64,000 nt of DNA from Lytechinus pictus (taxonomy: Eukaryota): NCBI RefSeq assembly GCF_037042905.1, contig NC_087263.1, positions 11,782,001-11,846,000 of the forward strand, in the 5' to 3' direction. The position numbers and the translations under genes were made by a program. Positions 1 to 11,774 of the stretch are shown piece by piece; positions within the stretch are counted from its first letter, which is position 1; each line of letters begins with the position of its first letter. The notes below the pieces were generated by a model. The model was not told the origin of the DNA. It did no database searches and was given only the letters and a program-made list of their open reading frames with translations.

Positions 1-299
1 TTGTTAACGTGTTAGTTAGATCTAGCAGTTAGACTAACGTTAAAGTCTATGCCCTATGACTATATTTTTGTCTGATTACCAAATGATATTATAATCATTT
101 GTGTGATGAACTGCCCAGGTGAATACAAAACAGAATCAAGCCACTGACCCAAGAGCCAAAATAAAGGGCTTTTTTTTTTAAATGTAAGAAGAAAAAGTCT
201 CGGTAGAAAAAAAAGATTTGCAATGCTTTATTACATTTAATGCGATAAATTCATAGACGACAAGAAAGCCCATCAAACACTACCAGTTTACTTCACATT

Positions 300-600
300 T
301 CCTTTCTAAATGTCGAGATAATTTTATAGCTGTCTAAATAAGAGAGAGTATTATATATGCTAACGGAATGAAAACTTACACAACAAACTTGAGGAAAATT
401 ACTATCAATACAGCACTTGCCAATGATAATTGATACAGCCTCCCTGGAAACACGAACAAATATTTAACTTCTGAAACTTTCAAAAAGCACCTTAACAGAA
501 AACTGCTAAAAATTTTCGTAATTTAGTTTTAAAATCTTTTGAAAAGCGCATTGAGCAGTGTAAAAAGTAGATTTGGTGAGATTAAGTTCAAATTATTATT
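300..600 (+). mobile_element. Decayed LINE (L2/CR1-like) 3' end
   Basis: SLP...TFKKHL-like remnant, followed by aagcgcattgag... and an (ATT)n tail. Confidence 0.4.
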
Positions 601-1149
601 GTCATTCACACTAAGAAATAAGGATGCAAAAAAGGTACACATTTGTGAGAAAAGGTGCTGAGCGAGTATTCGAGCATAGTTGAGCCTTTCACTCGCCACC
701 GCGCCGCGCAGGCCCGCAGTGAGTGGTTGGGGTGCAAGTTTGAACCTCGCGTATAGTCTAGGTTCCTGTCATACTTCATTCTTATCAAAATGCTCGCAAA
801 GTTGAACCTGCTCGGTAAAGGAAAAAAAATACATTTTCTTGTTTGTGTGTGTGTGTGTGTAAGAGTGTGCGTCTTATATACGTGTAATGAAAAATTAAAT
901 TTTTACTTGCGAAATTGCTCCTTTAAAGTAATGTCGTATGGAGTTAAAGGGTCTGGCAACAATCTACGTAGAAATCGAACATACATGTATGTTGAGGGTT
1001 CTGTAAATTAACATGGACCTAGCTGGACAAGGAGGATTATTCTATTGTTACTGAGGGTGCTGTGACAATGCTCAGCACCCCAAGTAACAATATAATAATC
1101 CTCCGTGGACAGGGCACTGATCCTGGTAGGAAAACGTGTCAAGTTGGAT

Positions 1150-1688
1150 CCGGGGGGCGGGGGGTACTCGACCAAAAAAGTAGTAGGTATAGTGCCGCGG
1201 GCGAGACAAAAAACGGGGGCCTTGGAGCGGGCTTATTGTATAAAGGAGGGTCCTCGGAACGGGTTTCGGAACTACAAATTTTTGTGAAAACGGGGGTCCT
1301 TGGAACGGGTCGCCTGCGTGTGAATGCGTATGCATCCCTATGGAACGTGCATGCACCTAGCCCGGCGGCACGGGCGCCGGGTGCGCCAGCGCAGAGGCGA
1401 TGGTCGGACAGCGTTCTGCGGCCGCGGCTTTTCACCAAAATTGCGGCTCATTGTAGGAGATCAATGCGACCGGAACGGCGTAACGGAAAATATGCGAAGC
1501 TTTGGAGCAGATTTCTTTATTCTCGATAAGAAGAAAATGCTATGCTTTGGAGCGGCTTTCTTTGTTCTTTTTCTCAATAAGACAAAAATGCTATGCCTTG
1601 GAACGGAAATTTGAGTGTAAAAATGGGGGTCCCCTCCGCGGCACATACCCACTATGCATAATATACTGAGTGCCCCCCCCCCCCCCGG
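1150..1688. mobile_element. Non-autonomous DNA transposon (MITE) with CCGGGGGG-rich TIRs
   Basis: ccggggggcgggggtactc ... gagtgcccccccccccccgg, with internal gtgccgcgg/ccgcggcac symmetry. Flanked by the direct repeat gttggat (1143-1149, 1689-1695). Confidence 0.8.
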
Positions 1689-1711
1689 GTTGGATCCGTG
1701 GCAGTCTTAAG

Positions 1712-1940
1712 GTTTACGGATGCAGAGGGGATGCAACGCGGGAAAAAAAATCTTGCCATCCGTTGGAAAACGTTATGTATCCGTTGTGTACTCTTTGCAT
1801 ACGTGTTTCATACGCTCTATATCCATCGAGCATCCGTCCACTGTGATTTCATTGTTCGCCCATTATGTCCATTGTCTGGAGCGGATGAAAACGGGATGGA
1901 GTCACCCCGAAATTTTGCTTGTCCGGTGTAGCCGTTATGA
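1712..1940. mobile_element. Fragment of the Harbinger-like MITE found at 14982-15265 (inverted orientation)
   Basis: Aligns by eye to the reverse complement of about 15015-15250 (e.g. ttcatacgctctatatccatc, gatttcatt). Confidence 0.75.
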
Positions 1941-2540
1941 ATACGTGTTGTGAGCACATTTAAGGTTAAACTTTGTACCTTTCTTGATACAAATAAGCAT
2001 TGGGTGACACACTGCACCTTATAAGTTTTGATTTGGGGTAGAGTTCCATATGCACCCCCACTAAAATTGAAAATACAAATATGGAAAAGGATCAGAATAA
2101 TATATCTAGCCTGTATAAAGAACATATATGATGGGAGAGTGGAAGTACATACCAAAATATGGCTTTATTCCGTCAAATTTTCAAGCAGGATCGAGTGCGT
2201 GTAATTATTTATAGACATCGGTTTGTTAAGTCAGTAAAGGGTCTCAGTGAGTTCGAGTCCCAAGCAAGATAAGCAACACTTAAAGATCCGTAGAAAAATC
2301 TGAAGTGGACAAACCGGAAGTCTCGACAATCTTTTGTTATTTTTGGTGGGGGTAAATATGAAAATCTTTCCCTAATTTGCATCATTCAGAAAGCTAGAGG
2401 TGCAAAGTTGCACCTTTCCAAAACGGTACAAAATTGCACCTTAAAGGTGCGCCAAGTGTGACAACTGGTCTGCAAAGTTTTGTTGAACATATTTTCTTAG
2501 TGTGTATTGTTATTAAAATCAACAGTGTTGTTATTATTTT

Positions 2541-2602
2541 TAGTAGTAGTAGTTGTAGTAGTAGTAGTAGTAGTAGCAGTAGTATTAGTAGAAGTAATAG
2601 TA
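2541..2602 (+). repeat. (TAG)n microsatellite
   Basis: Direct inspection. Confidence 0.9.
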
Positions 2603-2697
2603 AAAGGGGATTTGGACAATGTTCGAAGTCCCAGGGATCTTACTCCCGTCAATGGCCGAACCGAGTCCATATCCTTGATCAATTCCTACTAAAATCA

Positions 2698-3090
2698 AGG
2701 GTAAATTGCCAATTCGTCCACTGCCAACTTGTCCACTCACCAAATGGTATACCTTTATTTAGTCTAATACCATTCCGTCCATCAACATTTCATCTAACAA
2801 CCATTTGGTCCAATAACCATTTGGTCCAATCATCACTTCGACTAATCACCAGTTCGTCTATGACCATTTCGTCTCACAACCAGTTGGTCTAATATTCGTT
2901 TTATTTGCATTGATTTTGCCCAACGAACACTTAGTCTGATTAAACCAAACGGTATATGGACTAAATGGCCATTGGACCAACTGATTATTAGACGAAGTGG
3001 TGAGTGGACGAAATGGAAGTTAGACCATGTGGATATTGGACGAGTTGGCAATTGGACGAATTGGCATTGGATCAAATTGAAAATAAACCA
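2698..3090. mobile_element. Foldback/MITE family built from short ttcgtcca/ttggtcca units, copy 1 of 4
   Basis: tgccaattcgtcca ... tggacgaattggca inverted ends. Near-identical copies at ~29796, ~30233 and ~61167. Confidence 0.8.
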
Positions 3091-3229
3091 AATCAAGTTC
3101 ATTCAATATTGAGTGTTTACACTTTGCCTTTACCTATTTACTGCACACTTCAAAAGTAGTTTTCGCAACGAGACGCAGAACGAATCCAAGAACACAGTAA
3201 GTGATTTGAAAATGCAGGTTAAACTCACG

Positions 3230-3610
3230 ACCAACGGCTGGGAGACGTTTTGTCGAAAATTGGTAAACCGGAACAGCAGTTTACTTTCGTCCTATGTTTT
3301 GGAGCTGACGAAATATTGAAAATATGCCGTTTGTCCAGGGTCCAGGGGAGCCTTTCATCAACATTTGTCCCTGACAGGTTTTCAGGTCTGACAACTATCC
3401 TTGATTCTCATTGGCTGTGAAGCACTGTAACTATGGTAACTGTCGGGTAAAACGTCCGACAAGTCCTTTCATGAAACGCTCACCAGGATGAAATCGATGT
3501 GTTGATTGTCGACAATTACTTCTCGGTTGATATTTGCCACGAAGGGGATTTGACAATACATTTTCTATGTTCTTGAAAGGGTTCTAAGTCGCGTTGCGAA
3601 ACTCCCTCTT
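3230..3610 (+). repeat. Dispersed repeat family (also ~11520-11745, ~29550-29780, ~30040-30210)
   Basis: Shared tttgtcgaaaa...ttttggagctgacga...tttgtccag...catttgacaatacat blocks. Confidence 0.7.
3346..3483. mobile_element. Harbinger-like MITE with CAG target duplication (other copies ~36610-36772, ~44218-44362)
   Basis: TIR gggagcctttcat/atgaaacgctcac with CAG on both sides. Core tccttgatt..attggctg.gaagcactgt.actatggtaa is shared by all three copies. Confidence 0.8.
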
Positions 3611-5131
3611 CTGAGACTGACGGATTGTTGAAGAGCGATTGCTTGAGTATCGTCTGCGGCGATTTTGCGTCATGCCAAAAGATCGAACTTGAAAACTACG
3701 TGCTGATGTATACATATTGTAATCCGACCGAGCCTGTTTCATTGCCCCTGGGAAGCAGACGGCATAGAAATTCAGCATTTTATTCCAGACACTCAAGAAA
3801 GCACAGAATGACAAGGGAATTTTTACAGAAAATTCACACAGTGACCAAATCACAATGTCTTCATTTGAAGTGTGTAGAGAACAATAATAATATTTGAAAC
3901 TAATCAAAGATAGAATATGTGCTGCGTTTTATTTGTTAATGATTAAGACCATACCAAAAGATGTTAATATTGACTCTATGCTATGTCAGAACCTTAATCT
4001 GCATACCTGTCCCAAATTTCGTACCGCTCTGGTTTCTGTAGGCTTGGAATCCAAGCTACATGGGGAAGCTACGAGTTGGAGCTTAGGTCCTAGATACGAA
4101 CCCTCCGTTCCACAAGGCCGAGTTCAGATAGAGCATGTAGAGTATACGGTATTCGCCATTTGCTATCGCATGGCATGGCGGGTCACGGGAGGTAGCACGC
4201 GTGACCTAATTTTATATGCTTTTGGCTCCGTCAAAAATGGATACCTCAGACGAAGAAGATTTGGCTCCTCTCCCCTCATTTAAAGTAGGGGGAAATAACT
4301 ACTATCATTTATTATTTATGTAAAATCGTTTCTGTAACTGCATTCATCAAGACATTATGTATGACAATGAGTATACCTGAAGTTACTTTCTGTAAAAAAA
4401 AAGACAACACACTATTTTTCGGCATAATTTATTGATATTCTAAAATAAGCTTGTTTTGCAATAACTTCAGTTCAAGCAGAGAAATCACCTCTGCAAATGA
4501 TCTAACCTCTGTTTAATACAACAGTTGATCGAAATTTTGTTAATTGATTTTACACACCCTAAACTAAAATTCATGTATGTATTTTTTTTGAGGGGGGGGG
4601 GATTGGAAATAGACTATGGTTATATATTTTAACATTTCAAACATGTATCAGCTTAATAGATGCTGTCAATATTTATGGTGGGGTAGCTTAATCCTACTCC
4701 CCCATCCCAGCTCTCTGAACTCATATCAAAAGTGAATAAAAAAGAAATAATTTTTATGAAATTACACTTCCGCACGCAGAATCGGAGAAATTTCCCCGAA
4801 CTCCAGTCATTGCGCACTTTTCACCCGACGACGGAAACTGACTTTTACGACGCTAGTTGATATTGGAAGATATTTTTTTAGCGCCGTCGTAAAAAAAACT
4901 ATCCTGCAACGCAATTTGTATGATATGTGACAATTGTTACTTTCGCAACCGCAACGGGGGGGGGGGGGGTCACTAGATATCCGTTCGTGGGCAAAAATCT
5001 AGTTGCTACTATGGTAACAATCTCATCTCCGATTTGAGATGAGTTCTTAGAGCCACATTGAAGTCGTCGTAGAGCTCGAGAGCGCCTTCATAATATGGAA
5101 GCAACAATCAATCAGCGTGCCTCTAGATATA

Positions 5132-6403
5132 TTTTGTCTCGCCTGCAAAGCAGAGTGAGACTATAACTTTGAAAGTTTATGAATCTGATTAATATAACTT
5201 GGACATAAGAGTAATCAAGTATCACTGAACATCCTGTGCGAGTTTCAGGTCACATGATCAAGGTCAAAGGTCATTTAAGGTCAATGAAATTTGGCTATTA
5301 GGGGGTATTTATTGAATAACCATCATAACTCTGAAAGTGTATGGATCTACATGTAGTACATAAATCTTGGACATAAGAGTAAAACAGTATCACTGAATGT
5401 CTTGTGCGAGTTTCAGGTCACATGACCAAAGTCGAAGGTCATGTAGGGTCAAAGAACTTAGACCATGTTGGGGGAATCAACATCAAAATCTTGACCTAAG
5501 GGAAAGTTTTTGAAATTTCGTCATAACTCGAAAATATAAAGACCGATTTCATGAAACTTGGCCATAAAGGTGATCACATATTATCAAATATCCTGTTTCA
5601 GTTTCAAGGCACATGATCAAAGGCAAAGGTCATTTAGGGTCAATGAACTTTGACCAAGTTGAGGGTATTGAATTACCATCATAACTTTGAAATTTTATGG
5701 ATCTAATTCATATAACTTTGACATAAAAGTAATCAGTATCACGGAACATCCTGTGCGAGTATCAGGTCACATGACCGATGTCAAAGGTCATTTAAGGTCA
5801 ATGAACTTTGGCCAATTTGGGGGTATTTGTTGAATTACCATAACTTCGAAAGTTTATGGATCTGATTTTTAAAAAACTTGGACATAAGAGTATTCAAGTA
5901 TCACTGGACATCCTGTGCGAGTTTTAGGTCACATGACGAAGGTCAAAGGTCATTTAAGGTCAATGAACTTTGGCCAAGTTGGGGATATTTGTTGAATTAC
6001 CATCATAACTCTGGTTGTTCTAGACTTGAACATAGGTCTTTAGGGTAACCAAGTATCACAAAACATCCTGTGCGAGTTTCAGGTCACATGCACAAAGTCA
6101 AATGTCATTTATGGGTCAATGAAATTTGGCCATGTTGGAGGTAATTATTAAATTGCTGTTATAACTTTCAAAGTATATGAATGCAGTTTATGATATGAGG
6201 ACATAGGGGTTATCAAGTATCACTGACAAGTCTTAGGTCACATGATCAAGGTCAAATATCATTTAGGGTAAATGAACGTAGTATTGTATCATATAAATGG
6301 TGTTTTTTGTGAATAATTATTTTGTAGTAGTTTTCAAAGCCAGCACTGCTGTTATATTGAATCGCGTAATGTAGGTGAGACTGCCAGAGGCGCTCCACTT
6401 GTT
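5132..6403 (+). mobile_element. Helentron/HINE-like non-autonomous element with ~7 internal tandem units of ~160 bp
   Basis: T-rich start, sub-terminal inverted repeat gtctcgcctgca (5136) / tgtaggtgagac (6370), 5' hairpin, end cttgtt. Units start at about 5163, 5325, 5523, 5680, 5840, 6005 and 6161. Confidence 0.75.
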
Positions 6404-6874
6404 ATATTTGTGCACTATGTACAGGAAAGCTATGCCTAATAATACATTCTTGATTTTCCCATTAACACAAGGTCCATAATTGATTCAGGTTTTAAAATAA
6501 ATAGTAACTGATAATCATCAGAATCTGAATTGCAGAATTTTTTACAAGGCAAGGACAAGAATGTATTTTAATTACCAACTGTATATTTACACATTGCTTA
6601 AGGAATTAAAACACTGCACTATTTTTACCATTTCCAAAAACAAAACATGCCTAAATAAATGGATAAAGGATATGTAGGCCGGCCTATCATGCATTTTTAA
6701 ATAAATATAGACACGGTTGGGTTTATCATAATAAAGAAGCGAATATTCATTTAAACATACACACACGCCGAATTTGTCATGTGAAACTACAACAGGGGAT
6801 GAGAGTACTAGGCTATTAGGTTTTAAAACAGTAAAAAGGGAGACGAGAGTAGAGATTGAACGTAAAATGCGATA

Positions 6875-6879
<5 letters not shown>

Positions 6880-6909
<30 letters not shown>
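6880..6909 (+). repeat. (GA)n microsatellite
   Basis: Direct inspection. Confidence 0.9.
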
Positions 6910-6912
<3 letters not shown>

Positions 6913-7904
6913 AGGGAGGGAGGGGGAACGACGGGAGAGGAGAAGTGGAGTGGAATGTCGGAAAGAAAGAAATAAGGCACGAAGGGAGGTAGAAACAAAA
7001 AGGCTAAAGTCTTAGGTTAGACCGGAATTTGAAAGTAAAATTTATCCTGATTCAAAGCTAAAGTACATATGAAAAACAGGCCAAGATTGGCTTTCAGGTA
7101 TTATACAGTGAAAACAGAAGCGTTATGAAAAAAGCGATAGTATGACATGTACAACAACATGTACAATAAATAGAGAGAGAAAGAGACAGGCAGAAAGGGA
7201 AATATTGAAGGATTTTTTTTTGTTCAAAGACCACTGAAACATGCACAAATACTTTAAAAACATATTTCATAATCAAGTAACTATCTAATTGTTTAAGTAT
7301 ATCAAACAGAATAATTATATAATACGCAATACATATAACATAATAATTACATACAATTGACATGCAATAATGCTTTAGTCAATAAACGTAATGGCGAATA
7401 TAAAGATACATGTTATATACAATAACCGATGTTACATGATAATAATGAAAAATATAGAAGTCATTGGCCTCGTTTGCAATTAGTATTACTGATTGCGCCA
7501 CACCAGTCGAGCCAGTGGTGTACAGATACGTATGCCTTGGGGGCGCTTGCCCCCCCCCCCCCCCCAAAAAAAAAATATATAGAGAAGGAAAGAGAGATGA
7601 CTGAAATACTTGTATAATATCATTTTCTGAATCTACTTAAAAAAAAATGATTTTGTAACAAAACATGTCGAAAGTTTTGCTCGCTCGCTTGCAACTTTAC
7701 ATAGATTTTGCCCGATAAGCCTTATCTGGCCCCTCATTTTTTTTTTTTTTTGCTCACAGAGTCGAGCCGAGTGATTTGATAATCGTGTCCCATGAATATC
7801 CATGAGGCGTACTGACCAAATAGACCCTATTATGTCGTCATTTTAATGTCAATCGCGTCGGAACCGGATTGAAGCCCACATAGTCTTTCCCCGGATTAAT
7901 ATCG

Positions 7905-8175
7905 CTAGCCACACGGAACAGGGACCTTGCAGCCATAGGGTAATGGATAAGAGCAGTAAACATCTTGCCATGCCAAAGCTATGGGATAATACATTACACA
8001 AACTTCGCCCGAATCCGTATTACGAGGAAACTTTAACCAATCATGCCAATTGTTGTAGTTCAGCGGTGTCCAATCGGTCCAAACAAAGAGATCATCTGGG
8101 TCGCGTTTGACAAGCCCGATCCAGTACCCGTCGATCCCGTACCTGGTAGGCCTATACCGACTCTGTCGGGAAATG
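7905..8175 (-). CDS. Terminal exon: C-terminal half of C-type lectin domain (YWIGLVKRDPDDLFVWTDWTPLNYNNWHDWLKFPRNTDSGEVCVMYYPIALAWQDVYCSYPLPYGCKVPVPCG*)
   Basis: ORF 7905..8192. WIGL motif, W-x-D, C...WQD..C......CK pattern. Acceptor is ttttctag (exon from 8175, phase 2) or tttcccgacag about 10 nt further in (phase 0). Confidence 0.85.
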
Positions 8176-8319
8176 CTAGAAAAACAAATCAAAAGTAGGC
8201 TTCCAGGTTTCCGATGGTGCTAAAGCAATCTGAGTCCCATAGCAGAAAGAGAGTTTAAATGTAACTAAAAATAAATTCAAGCGCAAGTCACTTTAGCAAC
8301 ACTAAATACGTGCGTTAAT

Positions 8320-9381
8320 TAGATGGGTTGAAATTCATGTTGCATTCGATTTCAATCCTACGGGGCCTTTAAAGTGCCATCGACTTGGCGACTTGGCGAG
8401 ATACCTCATTTTGCCAAGTCGATTTATAAAAAAGTTAATCCAACTTGTTATTTGTTTCAGTATCGTTGCAATGTAGAATAGATAATTTTTATTATTTCCC
8501 ACCTTCATCTGGTCTTCCATGATATCTTTATAAAATTTAGATGTTATTTGGTTGCCATGGTAAAAGCTTAAGATGTTAAACTTAAATATTCAGCCACAAA
8601 TTGTATCTCTGTTAAGCACCGTAAAATTGGGGGAAATGGATTGATGATCATATTCTACAGTTGTATAAATATTTTCACCATTCTTAGGGGAAATAAGCTG
8701 TTGACATGGCAACGGGCCATTTGCAACATTGATATTTTTCATTTAATACAAGCATTACCGAGGCAACATAAATTGTCATCTTTCTGATGAACTTATGCAG
8801 AACATTTATTGTAATTTTTGTTCAAAATTGAATAAGTGTGTCAAAACTTAAACATGTAGATTAAGTAAATTCTTATTGTATTTTTCACTTGTCTTGTCAA
8901 CCATGTTATAAGCGTAAATTAGATGTTATGTTGTTACCATGGTAATGGCTTAAGATGTTGTATACGTAGCAACCAACATATCTATGTTTAGCACTGTAAT
9001 ATCAGGGGGAAATTATAGATAAATCAGATTCTGCAATGTTTTCTTAACAAAATTTTTACTTTTCTGGGAGAAAAAGCCGTTACCATGGCAAAGGACAAAT
9101 TGAAACTCGTTGATCTTCAATATTTCTAAATTTCATATGTATTCAATTGGACGCTTGAAATATATCTTTTGGTCATCTATACCATGTTTATTTACCATTA
9201 ACAGGGGATATATGTTATTTCTTTTAGAAATTAATCCGTTACCATGGCAACGGCCGAAAATGACATATGTAAATCTACCTCCCATCTTTGAAATAAATCT
9301 TATGGCGTATATACTAATACTTGTGAAAGTTTCATGCTTTAGTCATAATTTGCGCAATTGTTCGCTTTATCCGCTCTACTA
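8320..9381. mobile_element. Probable non-autonomous DNA element in the lectin intron (TAG...CTA ends) with repeated GTTRCCATGGYAA palindromes
   Basis: Internal diverged duplication (~8530-8720 vs ~8915-9110) and five palindromic motifs. No clean TSD. Confidence 0.45.
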
Positions 9382-9497
9382 ATTTTAGCACGCGGCATTC
9401 ATAAACTCAAAATTTTACGACCAGCGAGTTACTGAAAGCGCTATTACAAACGTTTTCTTAATGATTCAAAAGGCTAAACAAAGCAATTGCTGCATTT

Positions 9498-10028
9498 CAA
9501 GGTACATATGGATAAGTGGTTATCTGTTTCAGTCATGAAAAGGGAAAAACGGAATTCAGTTCTGTGGTTCTGGACGCGAAAAGCAAATCACCACACGCTT
9601 TCCGCTCTGTGGATTGGTTTTCGCACCGCAAACATAAAAATTGACGTCGACTCCCTGATTTGGTTTTCTCTCATTAATATCAATGAGCGCCATTTACGTC
9701 AACAATTTGTTCAAGCGCCATTTGTCATTATCTTGACATAATTCAAAGTAAACCAGCGTATAACATAATAAGCTGGCAAGATATGGGTTTCGATCGGTAT
9801 TCATGGTGGGGGCTGTTTTTTTCAGTTTGGGCGTTGTACAGTGTCGTAGTGAGTCTAAAAGTTTTCGGGATTTTTTTTTAATGTTTCTGTTGCGAAAACA
9901 AAATCACAGAGCGAAAGGGTGTTGCAATATGTTTTTTGCGTTTTTTTTTTTAAAAACAGAACCACAGAGCTGAATTCCGTTTTCCTTTTTCATGACTGAA
10001 ACAGAAACACGAATTATCCATGTACCTC
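9498..10028. mobile_element. Foldback element with ~140-bp inverted arms in the lectin intron
   Basis: tctgtttcagtcatgaaaa...cggaattcag.tctgtggttctg (9520-9572) is matched by cagaaccacagagctgaattccg...tttcatgactgaaacaga (9957-10005). Confidence 0.75.
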
Positions 10029-10086
10029 GATTATTCCATGCATTCAACCTAGTCCTGAAAATACTCACATCATTGTGACACATTGC

Positions 10087-10269
10087 CTGGAATGCAGTTA
10101 TGAAATCTTGTTCCTCTTTACTGTGAATAGACACCAAGCTTGCATTACATGACTGTTCATCAATTGTGGAATCAACACAGGTCCACAGGGCTTCATCAAA
10201 AGAGTGATGATCGCAGGTTTTTGTAGCAACTTCTTTCAAATTTTTTCCATGATGAATCCAGGCATAGAT
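10087..10269 (-). CDS. Exon: N-terminal half of C-type lectin domain, frameshifted (DLCLDSSWKKFERSCYK / TCDHHSFDEALWTCVDSTIDEQSCNASLVSIHSKEEQDFITAFQ)
   Basis: Acceptor ...cataag| at 10270. Two consecutive CTL-like peptides lie in different frames, joined at an A5 run (plus-strand T5, 10218-10222). The exon ends at CAG|gcaatg. Confidence 0.8.
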
Positions 10270-11079
10270 CTTATGTTACACCAAAGGAAAACAAAGATGT
10301 TGCCTATAATTATTTGATGTAGGACAATATTTTTAAAATTGATTTTACTTTAAGTTAAGTTAGGTTTTCAATTCAATTCAGTTTGGTATCTATTTCAGAT
10401 AGCTTTCTTTCGCTGCATTTCCATCACATCATTCTTTATCTTGTTTCCTCGTCACCTTCATTCGTTTCCCATTCAGATTTGCTCCTTCTTTCCATCCAAA
10501 CATTTGGTTCTTTTATTGAAAAATCTTCCATTACATAATCACCCTCATCATTTACCCATCCTCATCCTAGTTCTTCCTCATTGGTTAGTTTTATCATGGA
10601 CCTATGAAGAGATAGATGATATTCATCGCCACCTGGTAATGTGCATCTGAACGAGACCATACATGTGTTGTGACAAAGGCATTTACCATAACTTACCAAG
10701 GTGTATGGGTGAAGATCGGCGTTCATGTGTTTTTTTTATGTTTAAGGAGAAAGCCATCAGCCGATACAGCGTGCAACTTCCAACAATTTACCACATCGAA
10801 TTCGAGGCAAAGGTTCAAGAAATTTGAGGGGACAAGAAAAGAACTACTCGACAGGCGTGATGATTGTAAGTAGTTTTCGCATTTACTACGGAGCGGCTTT
10901 CTGCAACGCACCAATTCCTTCGAAAATGGAAGTCAAATCACAATGGAGAGCTAAAAGGATTTTATCGACAGTTGGTGGACCAGGACAGCAGCGAACTGAT
11001 CTCACACTTAAAACGTCTTCATTTCGAAAACTACCTACTATACGTTTTATTGTTGACTCTCTGGTCATTTTTTACACAC

Positions 11080-11184
11080 CAACTGCGCATGTTGGTCCTT
11101 GAAACCTGGCTGAACAGGATCAAGTAAAACCTTCCAGTGTTTCCATGCATGTTCCTCCGTTGAGACACGGATTGGGCAAACAGT
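11080..11184 (-). CDS. EGF-like domain exon with premature stop (DCLPNPCLNGGTCMETLEGFT*SCSARFQGPTCAV)
   Basis: 105-bp phase 1/1 exon, tctcag| ... G|gtgtgt. Five of six EGF cysteines are present and the fourth is TGA. Confidence 0.88.
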
Positions 11185-11774
11185 CTGAGATGTAGAAATT
11201 GATGAGAGGGTGTAACATTGACACGGGGGATAAAAACAAGATAGCAAAGTGAGTGAACAGAGGGTATAAGAAGGCACTGAGAAAAAAAGAGACAGATATG
11301 GGCAGTATTAGAGACAATAAGAGAGAGGGGCATGCCATGGGAAATCGGAGGTTCTCTCATCATCATCATCGTCAGAGGTGCAATTCCAATTCAGCAGTGG
11401 TCATGTCTCTCTCACAACTCTCGACATGCTCCCAGAACCTGAGCGTAACACAAACTAGACAATATTTTCGCTCCACGATGTACAGTAAATGTAATAAAAT
11501 TAACCGTCAAATTACTAAAAAAAAAGCTGGGAGTTCTTTGTCGAAAACTGGTGAACCGGAACAGCAGTTTCATCGGAGCAACCGAAAATTTGTAAATATG
11601 ACATTCGTCCAGAGTCAAAGACAAAACTGTAATTTTGATTGACCAAGCTTCGACAAAGAATTCTGGTTTGTGCTTTGTAAAGAATGACATTTGACAATAC
11701 ATTTCCTCTTGAACCCTCCGTACGTCTCGGAGCGAAGACTCCCTAGTGATATTAAAAATGCTTTGACAGCGTAC

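Noticed and set aside
1062..1614. Overlapping GC-rich ORFs of up to 155 aa
   Set aside because: They lie within a TIR-bounded MITE and show no protein motif.
3625..4283. ORFs of 90 and 129 aa, and a possible first exon MDTSDEEDLAPLPSFK|gtaggg at ~4236
   Set aside because: No recognisable domain, and no downstream plus-strand exons were found.
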